Shown: positions 29,918 through 38,945, numbered from the stretch's first letter. The stretch: 64,000 nucleotides of DNA from Candidatus Spongiisociaceae bacterium (GCA_965219685.1 CBDCOH010000002.1:1664001-1728000), one strand, 5' to 3'. Numbers and translations are program-made. Notes: generated by a model not told the origin, from the sequence alone.

Positions 29918-30670
29918 TCAGACGAGGGCACCTGCGTATGCCCGGAGCGCTCTCGACGCAGTTGCGGCGTCCGTTTCGGCACCGAAGAGACCCCCCTGGT
30001 ACCTCACCAGTCCCAGAAGGTTCTCGGTTACCTGTGAGTTGACCCCGGCAACTCCGTCCGAGATGGTCAGGCAGTCGTAACCGCTGTCGACGGCCGCATA
30101 GAGAGTGGCAGCCACGCAGACGTTGGAGGTGATCCCCGTGATGATCACCGACGTGATGTCTCTGGCTTCGATCCATCTGCGGAAAGGATCGTTCCCGAAA
30201 GTGCTGTATGTCGTCTTGTTGAAGACCGTTTCGCCCGGTAGCGGGGTGAGTTCGTCGACGATCCCCGCTCCCGGCTCGCCGTAGATCATCCCCCTCCCGA
30301 ACTTGTTCGGCTTCCCGTACGGCGTTCCGAAGCGTATAGCCTGCTCTCGTTTGAAGTCCGGGAGATCCGACAGGTCGGGAGAGAACGAGTTCGTGAAATG
30401 GACGATGTTCATCCCCGGCACGCTTCGGGCGGCGTCGAGCAAGTCACGGAGACCCGGCACGATCGCTCGAATCAGCGACAGGTCGAATCCCATATCCGTG
30501 AACCACCCGCCGTCGAGTACGCCATCCACCTCCATGTCGATTACCAGCAGGGCCACTTCCGAAGGCTTCGCCGGACCCAGCAGGGGCCACTCGTGAGGAA
30601 AGGAAGGAATGCTGAGCTTTGCCTCGGCTCCCCGGTGCTCTGACGTGTCCGAATTCGAAGGCGCTGACAT
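29918..30670 (-). CDS. Cysteine hydrolase (isochorismatase family), biuret-hydrolase-like
   Basis: VIDM, MGFDLS, PLPGETVFNK, GITSNVCV (D-K-C triad), QGGLFG. Confidence 0.82.
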   Translation of the reverse strand: MSAPSNSDTSEHRGAEAKLSIPSFPHEWPLLGPAKPSEVALLVIDMEVDGVLDGGWFTDMGFDLSLIRAIVPGLRDLLDAARSVPGMNIVHFTNSFSPDLSDLPDFKREQAIRFGTPYGKPNKFGRGMIYGEPGAGIVDELTPLPGETVFNKTTYSTFGNDPFRRWIEARDITSVIITGITSNVCVAATLYAAVDSGYDCLTISDGVAGVNSQVTENLLGLVRYQGGLFGAETDAATASRALRAYAGALV

Positions 30671-30864
30671 GGTGAACCGACCTCCCCGCGGGTCCTGCTC
30701 GCGAATGACTCAATCGTCACTACCGACCAAGTGAGATTACCAGCCGCCTACCATCCGCGGGCTTCCTTGGTCTGCCGGTGCGATGGCGACCGGAACCGTC
30801 CACGCCGTCCCTTGAAGACCACCGGGCCCACCTAGAGTAAGAGGGTGGGCCTTGTGGAAGATGA

Positions 30865-33258
30865 GTGATGAGCCGCCAGCCGGTCCTGCCTGATCGGCCC
30901 CTCCACGTGGGGGCGAGTGTCAGCCGGGTCGAGGACGATCGGCTCCTCCGCGAAGGAGCCCGGTACGTCGCCGACATCGCGATCCCGGACATGGCCGAGG
31001 TGGTGATCGTGAGGAGCCCAGTCGCCCACGCCGAGTTGGGTGGCGTCGACGTCGGGCCCGCAACCCGGATGCCAGGAGTTGTCGCTGCTTTCGCGGCCTC
31101 CGACATGACCGGCGTTCAGCCATTCCCCGACACCAATCCCATGGTACGCCCCGTGAGCCTGTTTCCGCTCGCCAGGGAGCGGGTGCGCTACGTGGGCGCC
31201 CCCGTCGCGGTTGTCGTCGCCGAGGACCGCTACCTTGCGGAGGACGCCGCTACCGAGGTCCGGGTGGACTACGAGCAGTTGCCTGCTGTCATGTCCGTCG
31301 AGGCGAGCATCGATGGTTCGCAACGGTTGTACGACGAGTGGCCCGACAACAAGGTCCTCGATTTCCAACTCAACGATCCCGAAATCGACCGGATCTTCCG
31401 CAACCACCACGTGGTCCGGGAGACGTACAGCACTCACCGCCACACGGGTGTCCCGCTGGAGACACGCGGTTGCCTCGCACAGTTCGACGGCGGCCGCGTC
31501 ACCCTCTGGTCCTCCACGCAGAGCCCGCACTACGTCCGCACGATCCTGAGCCGGATGCTCGGCCTATCAGAGAACCGCATCCGTGTGATCGCGCCCGACA
31601 TGGGAGGAGGCTTCGGGATCAAGAGCCACATGTATCCCGAGGAGGTGCTCGTCCCCTGGCTGGCCATCAGGCTGGGTCGACCGGTGAGGTGGATCGAAGA
31701 CAGGACCGAGCACTTCACCGCTTCCAACCATGCTCGCGAACAGGCCATCCATATCGAGGGCGCCTTTACCGGCGAGGGCCGGATCGTCGCGGTGCGGGCC
31801 CATATCTTCAGTGACGTCGGATCGGGCGAGATCTGGTTCCCGGGCACCGGACCGAGCATTGTGGCTGCAGGCATGATCACGGGGCCCTACCGGATCAACC
31901 GGACACTGGCGTCCATCACCTGCGCGGTCACCAACAAGACACCTGCCGGCGCCTACCGCGGCTATGGGCAGCCGGAGGGCGTCTTCGCCCTCGAGAGCCT
32001 CATGGACAAGGCTGCGATCGAACTCGGACTCGACCCGGTCGGGATACGGCGGACCAACCTCCTTCGCAAGCAGGACCTGCCCTTCACAACATTCGGTGGA
32101 TCCGTCTTCGACTCCGGGAGCTTCCGCGAAGCCTTCGACAAGACCGTGGAGGCGGCTCGGGAGGCCCATTCATCTGCCATGGAAGAGTATCGGGACGACG
32201 ATGGGGTCCGGATCGGTGTGGGTTTCGCAACGTACTGGGAGGGCACCTCGCCGAGCGGCTTCCTGAACACCGGGCTATGGGGCGCCCACGATTCCGCCTC
32301 GGTGCGCGTCGAGCCGGACGGGGGCGTCGTCGTGAGTGTCGGGGTTACGACCACCGGACAGGGCGTGGAGACCATGGTCGCGACCCTGGCCGCTGACATC
32401 CTGCGCGTCCCTCTCGATCGCGTCCGAGTGGAAATGGGGGACACGGACACCTGCCCCGCCGGTCAAGGCGGATGGGCGAGTCGCAGCACCGTGATGGGAG
32501 GCGGCGCCGTCGTGATGGCCGCCCGGCGGATCCGGGACAAGATGATGCGGATCGCGGCCCACGCCCTGGAGGCCGGCGTTGACGACATCGTGATGTCGGA
32601 AGGGCGGTTCGATGTCCGCGGGACACGGGTAGGAGTGTCGTTCGCGGAAGTGGCCGAGACAGCCACGGTGCGTACCTTTGGGCTTCCCGAGAGTCTGGAG
32701 CCAGGCCTGGACACCACCGCGGTGTACACGGCCAACGTGGATCACTGGCCCAATGAACTCGGCCGCATCAACCCGTGCCCGACATACGCGAACGCCTCCC
32801 ATGCGGCGGTCGTGAAAGTGGACCTCGCCACCGGTGCGGTGACAATCCTCCAGTACCTGTCGACGCACGACTGCGGACCGGTGATCAATCCTCGGATCGT
32901 AAGGGGCCAAGTAGAGGGAGGGATAGCGCAGGGGATCGGAGGGACCCTTCTCGAGAACCTCGTCTACAGCGATGAGGGGCAACTCCTGTCTGCGAGCTTC
33001 ATGGACTACCTGATTCCCACCGCAGGCGAGATCCCGGATATGGTCGTGCAACACCTCGAGTCTCCCAGTCCCAACACGCCGCTCGGCGTGAAAGGTGTCG
33101 GCGAGGGAGGAGTCATAGGTGTTCCCGCGGCTGTCGCCAACGCGGTCCGGGATGCCCTTTCGGAGTTCGGCGTCGAGATCACCGAACTCCCGCTATCACC
33201 TTCGAACGTACGGAAGCTGATTCGAGAGGCAATTGTTAGGGCGTGTTCACGCTTTTGA
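30865..33258 (+). CDS. Xanthine dehydrogenase/CoxL-like molybdopterin-binding subunit
   Basis: RVEDDRLL, DMGGGFGIK, AYRGYG, GQG, SRS, KGVGE; the last codons come from the adjacent IS. Confidence 0.9.
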   Translation: MMSRQPVLPDRPLHVGASVSRVEDDRLLREGARYVADIAIPDMAEVVIVRSPVAHAELGGVDVGPATRMPGVVAAFAASDMTGVQPFPDTNPMVRPVSLFPLARERVRYVGAPVAVVVAEDRYLAEDAATEVRVDYEQLPAVMSVEASIDGSQRLYDEWPDNKVLDFQLNDPEIDRIFRNHHVVRETYSTHRHTGVPLETRGCLAQFDGGRVTLWSSTQSPHYVRTILSRMLGLSENRIRVIAPDMGGGFGIKSHMYPEEVLVPWLAIRLGRPVRWIEDRTEHFTASNHAREQAIHIEGAFTGEGRIVAVRAHIFSDVGSGEIWFPGTGPSIVAAGMITGPYRINRTLASITCAVTNKTPAGAYRGYGQPEGVFALESLMDKAAIELGLDPVGIRRTNLLRKQDLPFTTFGGSVFDSGSFREAFDKTVEAAREAHSSAMEEYRDDDGVRIGVGFATYWEGTSPSGFLNTGLWGAHDSASVRVEPDGGVVVSVGVTTTGQGVETMVATLAADILRVPLDRVRVEMGDTDTCPAGQGGWASRSTVMGGGAVVMAARRIRDKMMRIAAHALEAGVDDIVMSEGRFDVRGTRVGVSFAEVAETATVRTFGLPESLEPGLDTTAVYTANVDHWPNELGRINPCPTYANASHAAVVKVDLATGAVTILQYLSTHDCGPVINPRIVRGQVEGGIAQGIGGTLLENLVYSDEGQLLSASFMDYLIPTAGEIPDMVVQHLESPSPNTPLGVKGVGEGGVIGVPAAVANAVRDALSEFGVEITELPLSPSNVRKLIREAIVRACSRF

Positions 33259-34033
33259 GGGTGTCGTGGATGAGGGCGAGGGTGATGAATGCTAGGAAGA
33301 TGATGTCGAGTTTGTCGTAGCGGACAAAGACACGCCGGTAGGCTTTGATCCGGCGGAAGAGCCGTTCCACTTCGTTTCGCCGCTTGTATATCTGGCGGTC
33401 GTAGTCCCATGGGTGGCGGCGGTTGGTTTTGGGTGGGATGACCGGTGTGTATCCCAGAGCGAGCGCCAGTTGTCGTGTGTTGTCTCCTTCGTAGGCGCGG
33501 TCGGCTACCAGGAACAGTTGCAGTTGTTCGCCTTCTGCTTCGGTGTCTTTCTTCTTTCGGGATCCGAGCTTTTCGAGGAGTTCCCGTCCGTGGGGGCCAT
33601 CATGGTCCTGGCCTGGGGAAATAGCGTAGATGATCGCTGTACGAGCGTCGGCGGCGACCATATGAATCTTGGTCGTCAATCCCCCTCGGGACCGTCCGAT
33701 GGCCTGGGGACCATGTTTTTTGAGAGCACCGGCTGCGTCGGGATGGACCTTGACTGTTGTGCTGTCCAATCCCAGAACTTCGAGGTCGATGAGTTGTTCT
33801 TGCTGTAGGCGTTGGAACACCCGCACCAGCACACCGCTGGCCGCCCAGCGCCTGAACCGCATGTAGATGGTGTGCCAGTTCCCGAACTCTTTGGGAAGGC
33901 CCCGCCATTTGCAGCCTTGTTCCAGTATGTGGAGCATGGCGTTGAGAGCATCGAGGTTGGATACCTTGACGTTGCCCCGCTGTTTCGGGAACGCGTCTGC
34001 TATGAGTTGGTATTGTTCTTGTGTTATTTCCAT
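33236..34033 (-). CDS. IS5 family transposase
   Basis: GCKWRGLP, LDST, GRSRGGLTTKIH, ADRAY, YKRRNEVER. Confidence 0.92.
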   Translation of the reverse strand: MEITQEQYQLIADAFPKQRGNVKVSNLDALNAMLHILEQGCKWRGLPKEFGNWHTIYMRFRRWAASGVLVRVFQRLQQEQLIDLEVLGLDSTTVKVHPDAAGALKKHGPQAIGRSRGGLTTKIHMVAADARTAIIYAISPGQDHDGPHGRELLEKLGSRKKKDTEAEGEQLQLFLVADRAYEGDNTRQLALALGYTPVIPPKTNRRHPWDYDRQIYKRRNEVERLFRRIKAYRRVFVRYDKLDIIFLAFITLALIHDTLKSVNTP

Positions 34034-34077
34034 ATGTTAATGGTATCACATGGGTGTAACTTAGAGTGAACACGCCC
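33239..34077 (-). mobile_element. IS5 family (IS427-like) insertion sequence
   Basis: TIR GGGCGTGTTCAC / GTGAACACGCCC with TA on both flanks; 839 bp. Confidence 0.9.
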
Positions 34078-34080
34078 TAG

Positions 34081-34108
34081 TTGTTAGTTGTAAGTTGCTA
34101 GTTGTTAG
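34081..34108 (+). repeat. Heptamer tandem repeat (TTGTTAG-like)x4; a further unit lies left of the IS
   Basis: TTGTTAG TTGTAAG TTGCTAG TTGTTAG; TTGTTA also at 33233. Confidence 0.75.
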
Positions 34109-34173
34109 CCCCGGTTCTTCATGGATTGGGCGATGCGACACCATTCCCGTCGGCGCCACATGTCCGACCGCGT

Positions 34174-34881
34174 CTACGAGTAGCCGAGACGTGGATTATC
34201 GGGAGATAGCTGGGCCATCGCCGGCTGTGCATCGGGCTGGTACCGACCGAGAAGACGGCTGATGTCGTTCGAGGCCGCGGCCACATCGTCCGCGGCGCGG
34301 TCGTGATGGCCCTCCACAGTGAACAGAGCCTCGACTGTCTGCGGTCCTGTGGCGCTCTGCCTGCTCTGGCGCCAGCACCACCGGCGGGCGCTGACCAGCC
34401 CTGCCTGGTCGACGAATACGACCTCGCCCGGTCGGGGTGAAACCACCCGCCCGCTTCCCAGATCGGTGAACTGCTCGCTGCCCTCGGCAAAGCAGACCTG
34501 GGTGGACCCCGCCACGTGGGCCTGGTCGAAGGCCGCCACGGGGAGGGCGTACCGCACGGCCACCAGGTTGGCGATGTCCACCAACAGGTTGATCGAAGGG
34601 ATATCCCCACGCTTGACGAGGCGCCGGAGCAGGGCCTCGGCGGCATTGCGGTACTGCGTGGGCTTGACTCCGAAACTCGAGAAGGCCCGACGCCAGGCAG
34701 CAATGGACGGCACCTCCGCCATGCTCCGGCCTTCCATGGCGGAACGGGAGACGGCCTGTTGAGTCCGGAACTCGTCCTGCAACGCCGCCGGACTCGGACC
34801 ATTCGAGAGGCCGGTCGCGTGAACTACCCCGGCCCTGATGGTCGGGTAGCGCTCTATGACATCCGCGTGGTAGGAGAACAT
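34174..34881 (-). CDS. B3/B4 (PheRS beta editing-like) domain protein
   Basis: AWRRAF, KPTQYRNAAEALLRR, INLLVD, RRWCWRQ. Confidence 0.88.
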   Translation of the reverse strand: MFSYHADVIERYPTIRAGVVHATGLSNGPSPAALQDEFRTQQAVSRSAMEGRSMAEVPSIAAWRRAFSSFGVKPTQYRNAAEALLRRLVKRGDIPSINLLVDIANLVAVRYALPVAAFDQAHVAGSTQVCFAEGSEQFTDLGSGRVVSPRPGEVVFVDQAGLVSARRWCWRQSRQSATGPQTVEALFTVEGHHDRAADDVAAASNDISRLLGRYQPDAQPAMAQLSPDNPRLGYS

Positions 34882-34896
34882 GTGTCCCCAAGGTTA

Positions 34897-34970
34897 AGCG
34901 TGCGCGGCTAGCTTGGAAATCCACCAATGCGGGTGTTGTCTCGGGTTCGATGCCGAGCGTTTCAGACACA
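34897..34970 (+). mobile_element. Orphan IS end homologous to the upstream end of the 38990-39952 element
   Basis: AGCGTGCGCGGCTAGCTTGGAAATCCACCA...TCTCGGGTTCGATGCCGAGC aligns by eye with the reverse complement of about 39888-39951. Confidence 0.75.
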
Positions 34971-35196
34971 ATCAGACGGGCGAAGGAGAGGGGGTTGCCA
35001 AGACGATCGGCCAAATGGGTGCGTTCGATGAGCACACCGGGCAGGTACGGCGACATCTTCGTTTGGCCGCGCCCGCTTGTGAGCTGGGCCGAGGCGAGGG
35101 CGAAGCGGTCATTAACACAATACGGCGGTGGAGCGCGACGGACTCATCTCGGAGACGATCAGCATGCGACGAAGCGCTTGACGCGACATAGAGTGT

Positions 35197-35222
35197 TACT
35201 CATCGTCTGTAGACTTACCTAC
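35197..35222 (+). promoter_or_regulatory. C-box-like operator upstream of the controller HTH
   Basis: TACT-cat-CGTC-TGTA-GACT-tac-CTAC resembles the GACT-N3-AGTC-TGTA-GACT-N3-AGTC architecture; TTGACG at 35178. Confidence 0.55.
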
Positions 35223-35244
35223 GACACCACCCCATCCTCGCTCC

Positions 35245-35472
35245 ATGGCTGGTCAACTCCGAAGGACGCTGGGCTCGAACCTCCGTCGTCTGCGCCGCGA
35301 CCGAGGGTGGTCGCAAGAGGATCTAGCGCACCGATCTGGACTCCACCGCACTTACGTTTCGTCCGTGGAACGCGCTCAGCGCAACATCTCGATCGATCAG
35401 ATCGAGCGTCTCGCTTATGCCTTAGACACTTCGCCATCAGACCTGTTCGCAGGGTTCAAGTCCGATGGATAG
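35245..35472 (+). CDS. XRE-family HTH, restriction-modification controller (C) protein-like
   Basis: 75 aa; WSQEDLAHRSGLHRTYVSSVER.QRNISI; overlaps the nuclease start. Confidence 0.85.
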   Translation: MAGQLRRTLGSNLRRLRRDRGWSQEDLAHRSGLHRTYVSSVERAQRNISIDQIERLAYALDTSPSDLFAGFKSDG

Positions 35473-36076
35473 GCCCAACCAGGGAGAGTTCGAGCCCTCA
35501 CCGGCCTCCGACGAAGACTGGTCAGATGAGGACTGGGAACACATGATCCGCTGGCTCATCGACAGCGGCATGGTCACGGCCAAGGAAATGGCCGCGTTGA
35601 CTCTTGGACACCTCAACCCCTCGCAGGTAGGGACATCCATCGCCAGCAAGAAGACCTTTCAGGCCCACTACCCACGACGCAAGATCATGCAAGCTGTCTA
35701 TAAGTGGCACAACGCCCAAGAAGGGCACTGCGCCGACTGTGGTACTCGCCTTGAGCTCCAAGCCGATCACGTAGTCCCTCGCGAGGAACTCGGAGACGAC
35801 GCGGACACCCTCGATAACATGACGCTCCGTTGCCGTCGCTGCAACGTAATCCGACGGCCGTCTCATAAGCATGGCGGTAAGACATTCCTCACTGCCGAGG
35901 CAGCGCTGATGTGGATCCTCTTCGTGAAGCGTCCGCGCACCTATCAGGAGTATGAGCATCTCTGCCGCGATTACGGCATGACGATGGCTAACATCAGGTT
36001 CCGAGAGGCGTGGGCGATGGCCCACTGGCTAAGCAGAGAAGGCCTATACGAAATCGCCCCGGAATCGAAGTTCTGA
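35465..36076 (+). CDS. HNH endonuclease (putative restriction enzyme)
   Basis: CADC...ADHVVP...DN...CRRCN: HNH core with a Cys4 Zn site. Confidence 0.8.
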   Translation: MDRPNQGEFEPSPASDEDWSDEDWEHMIRWLIDSGMVTAKEMAALTLGHLNPSQVGTSIASKKTFQAHYPRRKIMQAVYKWHNAQEGHCADCGTRLELQADHVVPREELGDDADTLDNMTLRCRRCNVIRRPSHKHGGKTFLTAEAALMWILFVKRPRTYQEYEHLCRDYGMTMANIRFREAWAMAHWLSREGLYEIAPESKF

Positions 36077-36078
36077 AC

Positions 36079-38382
36079 CTAAAGCAGAGTCAACTGGACA
36101 CCGGTTGCCTGGTGCTTGAGTTCGTGGGAGCGGGTCATCTCTCTCGCCAGCGACGCATACTCTGCATCACGCTCGATCATGACCGAGCGCATTCCCAATT
36201 CCAGAGCGGCACGCGCCGTGGTCCCAGATCCAGCGAAGGGATCTACGACAACATCGCCCGACCGACCTATAGACCCCAGAACTCTTAGGCAGAGCTCAAG
36301 CGGATATGGGGCAGTGTGCCCGTAGACGTTGTTTCCCCGGACCATCTTGACCACGGGATGGATTTTCAGCACCCGGTTGCTCACTTTTAGTGGACCCGCT
36401 GCGCCACTCCGTGTGGGCTTCCGAAGGAGCAGCACATGCTCCCAGCAGTTCAACGGCGACTGGTAGAAGGGACTGGAATTCCCAGCGTTGAACGAACGCT
36501 TCCCCTGGATATCTCCCTTGTCCCACACCGCAGCTCCCTCATAGACGAAGCCGATGCGCCGAAACATGTCAACGAATAGTGCTGAAAGACCGATCCGTTT
36601 CTTGCCCATCAGAGAGAAGGTGATCGTCCTCTCGTTGTCAAAGTAGTCGAAGATATTGAATGCGTAGACTGCTCCCGGCCGGAGAGTGCGGAACAGCTCA
36701 CGGTGTATCCGGTGCATGTCGTATAGGTAGCAGTAAAGGTTCGGCCACCGGGAGTACTCCCTGGCGTTAAAGTATGGAGGGGAGGTCATCGCAGCGTCGA
36801 AGAGTCCGTCGGCATATTCTGCCAGCACTTCAAGCGCATCGCCCTGTATGACTTGCCACTGCTGGTCTCCCACAGTGGCCCTACCGGATCGGATCGGGCG
36901 CGGGGGATCACAATCTGCGACATACCTGGCAAAATATGGGCCGTCCCAAAAGTCACCTGAGGTCGCAGGGACAGGCGGGACAGGTACTTCTTCACGAATC
37001 TCTCGACCACTCACCACGCGCCCTGGTGTTTTCAGGTCGATCAAGCATACGACGTCCCCGACCATCGAGTAGAACGCCACCAACATCCGGACGACATCGC
37101 CTACCGAGGCAAATCCGCAAACGTCGCGTCGCCACTCACGGACCATTCCCTTGGCAATCCGGTTACGCGGCTCCAAGATTGCCGCTTGGTGCAGCAACGA
37201 CTTGAAGGAATACCGCTTCCCCCGGTTATAGATGCTCCGTTCAGGGCAAATCGGGTTCTGGCACTCCCAGCTCTTCACGCCGAATGACGGGTACGAGTTG
37301 CCTCGAACATGCGGCGATCGGCAGGCGGGACACCTGACGACCGTTTCGTCTCGTTCATTCTTCTGGAAGAGCGCAACCAGTTGAGTCACGTTGCCGTCGT
37401 CATCATGAATCGCAATAAGGTCTCGATAAGAGAATCCTATGCAGGACACTTCGAAGTCGGCGGCTGCCCCGTCGATCTCCGCATTATGGTCCAGCGTCTC
37501 AGCAGCCACCTCTTGCCACCGGAAGTAGCCCTTCCCAGACTTCTCCTCGACGAAGTGCTCGGCGAAATGAGTGAGGTCCGCACTGAGCTCCCATGCAACC
37601 GAAGGATCGCTCGGGTCGACGTTGATAATGGCCGCTAGATGTCCATAGTTGTCCATGGTCGCCCACTCGTCGACGAGCCACTGCTCAAGGCCCCATCGAG
37701 CACGCTCGTAGGTAGCCCGAGAAGGACTCGCAACTAGGCGGACGACCAAGGACCGGTCACGGCGGAACAACGCAGGCTGTTCATGCTTCAGCCGTTCCAT
37801 GAACGGCGCGCCGTCATCAATCGGGTCGTGCAACCCCTTGAGGGATGACTCATCAAACGAACTCCAGACCAGAGCACCGGCAGCTGAACTGAACACATCC
37901 CGAGCAACCCGCCGGTCGTGAGCCTTACGCAGTTTCGACGGCCTCGCAGCCTCGTTTCTTATTGCGTGGCGAGTCTGCTCGTGCGAAGCAGGCGTGAACG
38001 CAGAGAGAACAGGCTCTTGCGACGCCTTCTCGGACCAAGCCGACTCGACAACCTTCCGGAATGTTGCGAGATCTCCCGCATCTACGGCAGCGCATATTGC
38101 CAGCTTTTTGTGGTAGTTGAAGGTCACGCCAAGCGCAGCGGCGGCACCGTAGAGCTTCGACAGCGTACTGGCGTTGAGCCCCAGCTTCCGATTCATGCGA
38201 GCATAGAACCGCTGACCCCGGGTCTCCGGGTCAATTCGACAACGCCCCAGCGCTCCGAGCACGTCTGCCACAGCGTCGTGCGTCCGCTCATCGAGAGCGC
38301 CATCAGCAATCCCGCTAAGAACTCGCAGCTCGGTGATGAAGGCTTCAACATCGGCGAAGTGGCCTCTAACGCCGTCAGTCAC
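36079..38382 (-). CDS. Site-specific DNA amino-methyltransferase (beta class, probably m4C) with a large N-terminal extension
   Basis: TSPPYF (motif IV) precedes HTAPYP and DPFAGSGTT (motif I). Confidence 0.88.
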   Translation of the reverse strand: MTDGVRGHFADVEAFITELRVLSGIADGALDERTHDAVADVLGALGRCRIDPETRGQRFYARMNRKLGLNASTLSKLYGAAAALGVTFNYHKKLAICAAVDAGDLATFRKVVESAWSEKASQEPVLSAFTPASHEQTRHAIRNEAARPSKLRKAHDRRVARDVFSSAAGALVWSSFDESSLKGLHDPIDDGAPFMERLKHEQPALFRRDRSLVVRLVASPSRATYERARWGLEQWLVDEWATMDNYGHLAAIINVDPSDPSVAWELSADLTHFAEHFVEEKSGKGYFRWQEVAAETLDHNAEIDGAAADFEVSCIGFSYRDLIAIHDDDGNVTQLVALFQKNERDETVVRCPACRSPHVRGNSYPSFGVKSWECQNPICPERSIYNRGKRYSFKSLLHQAAILEPRNRIAKGMVREWRRDVCGFASVGDVVRMLVAFYSMVGDVVCLIDLKTPGRVVSGREIREEVPVPPVPATSGDFWDGPYFARYVADCDPPRPIRSGRATVGDQQWQVIQGDALEVLAEYADGLFDAAMTSPPYFNAREYSRWPNLYCYLYDMHRIHRELFRTLRPGAVYAFNIFDYFDNERTITFSLMGKKRIGLSALFVDMFRRIGFVYEGAAVWDKGDIQGKRSFNAGNSSPFYQSPLNCWEHVLLLRKPTRSGAAGPLKVSNRVLKIHPVVKMVRGNNVYGHTAPYPLELCLRVLGSIGRSGDVVVDPFAGSGTTARAALELGMRSVMIERDAEYASLAREMTRSHELKHQATGVQLTLL

Positions 38383-38689
38383 GCACCGCTCATCCTCACT
38401 AGCTGCGTCATCCGAATCAGCTCCTCAGCTCGACGGTGATCCCGTCGGTCTTCTCCCCCCCCCGCTGTCGACCACGCAGGCATCTTGGCGCCACGACTGC
38501 ATCGCCGACGACCAGCCCTCCGGGGTTGCACCGGCTGAAGAGCCTCGCGCACACAGAGAGCCGTTCGTACCGTGAAGAGTAGCGGATCAGGGTTCCTAGG
38601 TTCCACGCCTCTGTTGTTACGTCACCGTCGAGATTCTCTCAGCGCCTGTGTCAAGGCCGGCCCGTCAGTTGATGGACGTACCTTCCTAA

Positions 38690-38945
38690 GCGGCCACTCG
38701 CGCCAGTCCTGCGAGTGCGCTCGCCAAGAGGATCCGTCGCGGCGTTGGCAGCGCACCTGCGGGAGCACCGGGCTCGCCACGACCACCGTGAGACGCTGGG
38801 CCCGGCTGTTGGCGACGTTCAGCCGATTGAGGCTGTAGAGAGATTCCATCCCTCTGAGCACCTTGTCAGCCGAACCTGTCTCCATCGAAGAGATCGGTAT
38901 CGCCGCCTGCTGGTCCTGGAACCCTCAGACCGCGCCGATGTTACG
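38690..38945 (-). pseudogene. Decayed C-terminal fragment of a Upf1-like/TM0106-family helicase (boundaries approximate)
   Basis: Minus frame reads IGAV*GFQDQQAAIPISSM...RGMESLYSLNRLNVANSRAQ, matching motifs V and VI with an in-frame stop. Confidence 0.7.

Noticed and set aside
30865-33258. Aerobic CO dehydrogenase (coxL)
   Set aside because: The active-site loop is AYRGYG, not AYxCSFR, and no cox accessory genes are present.
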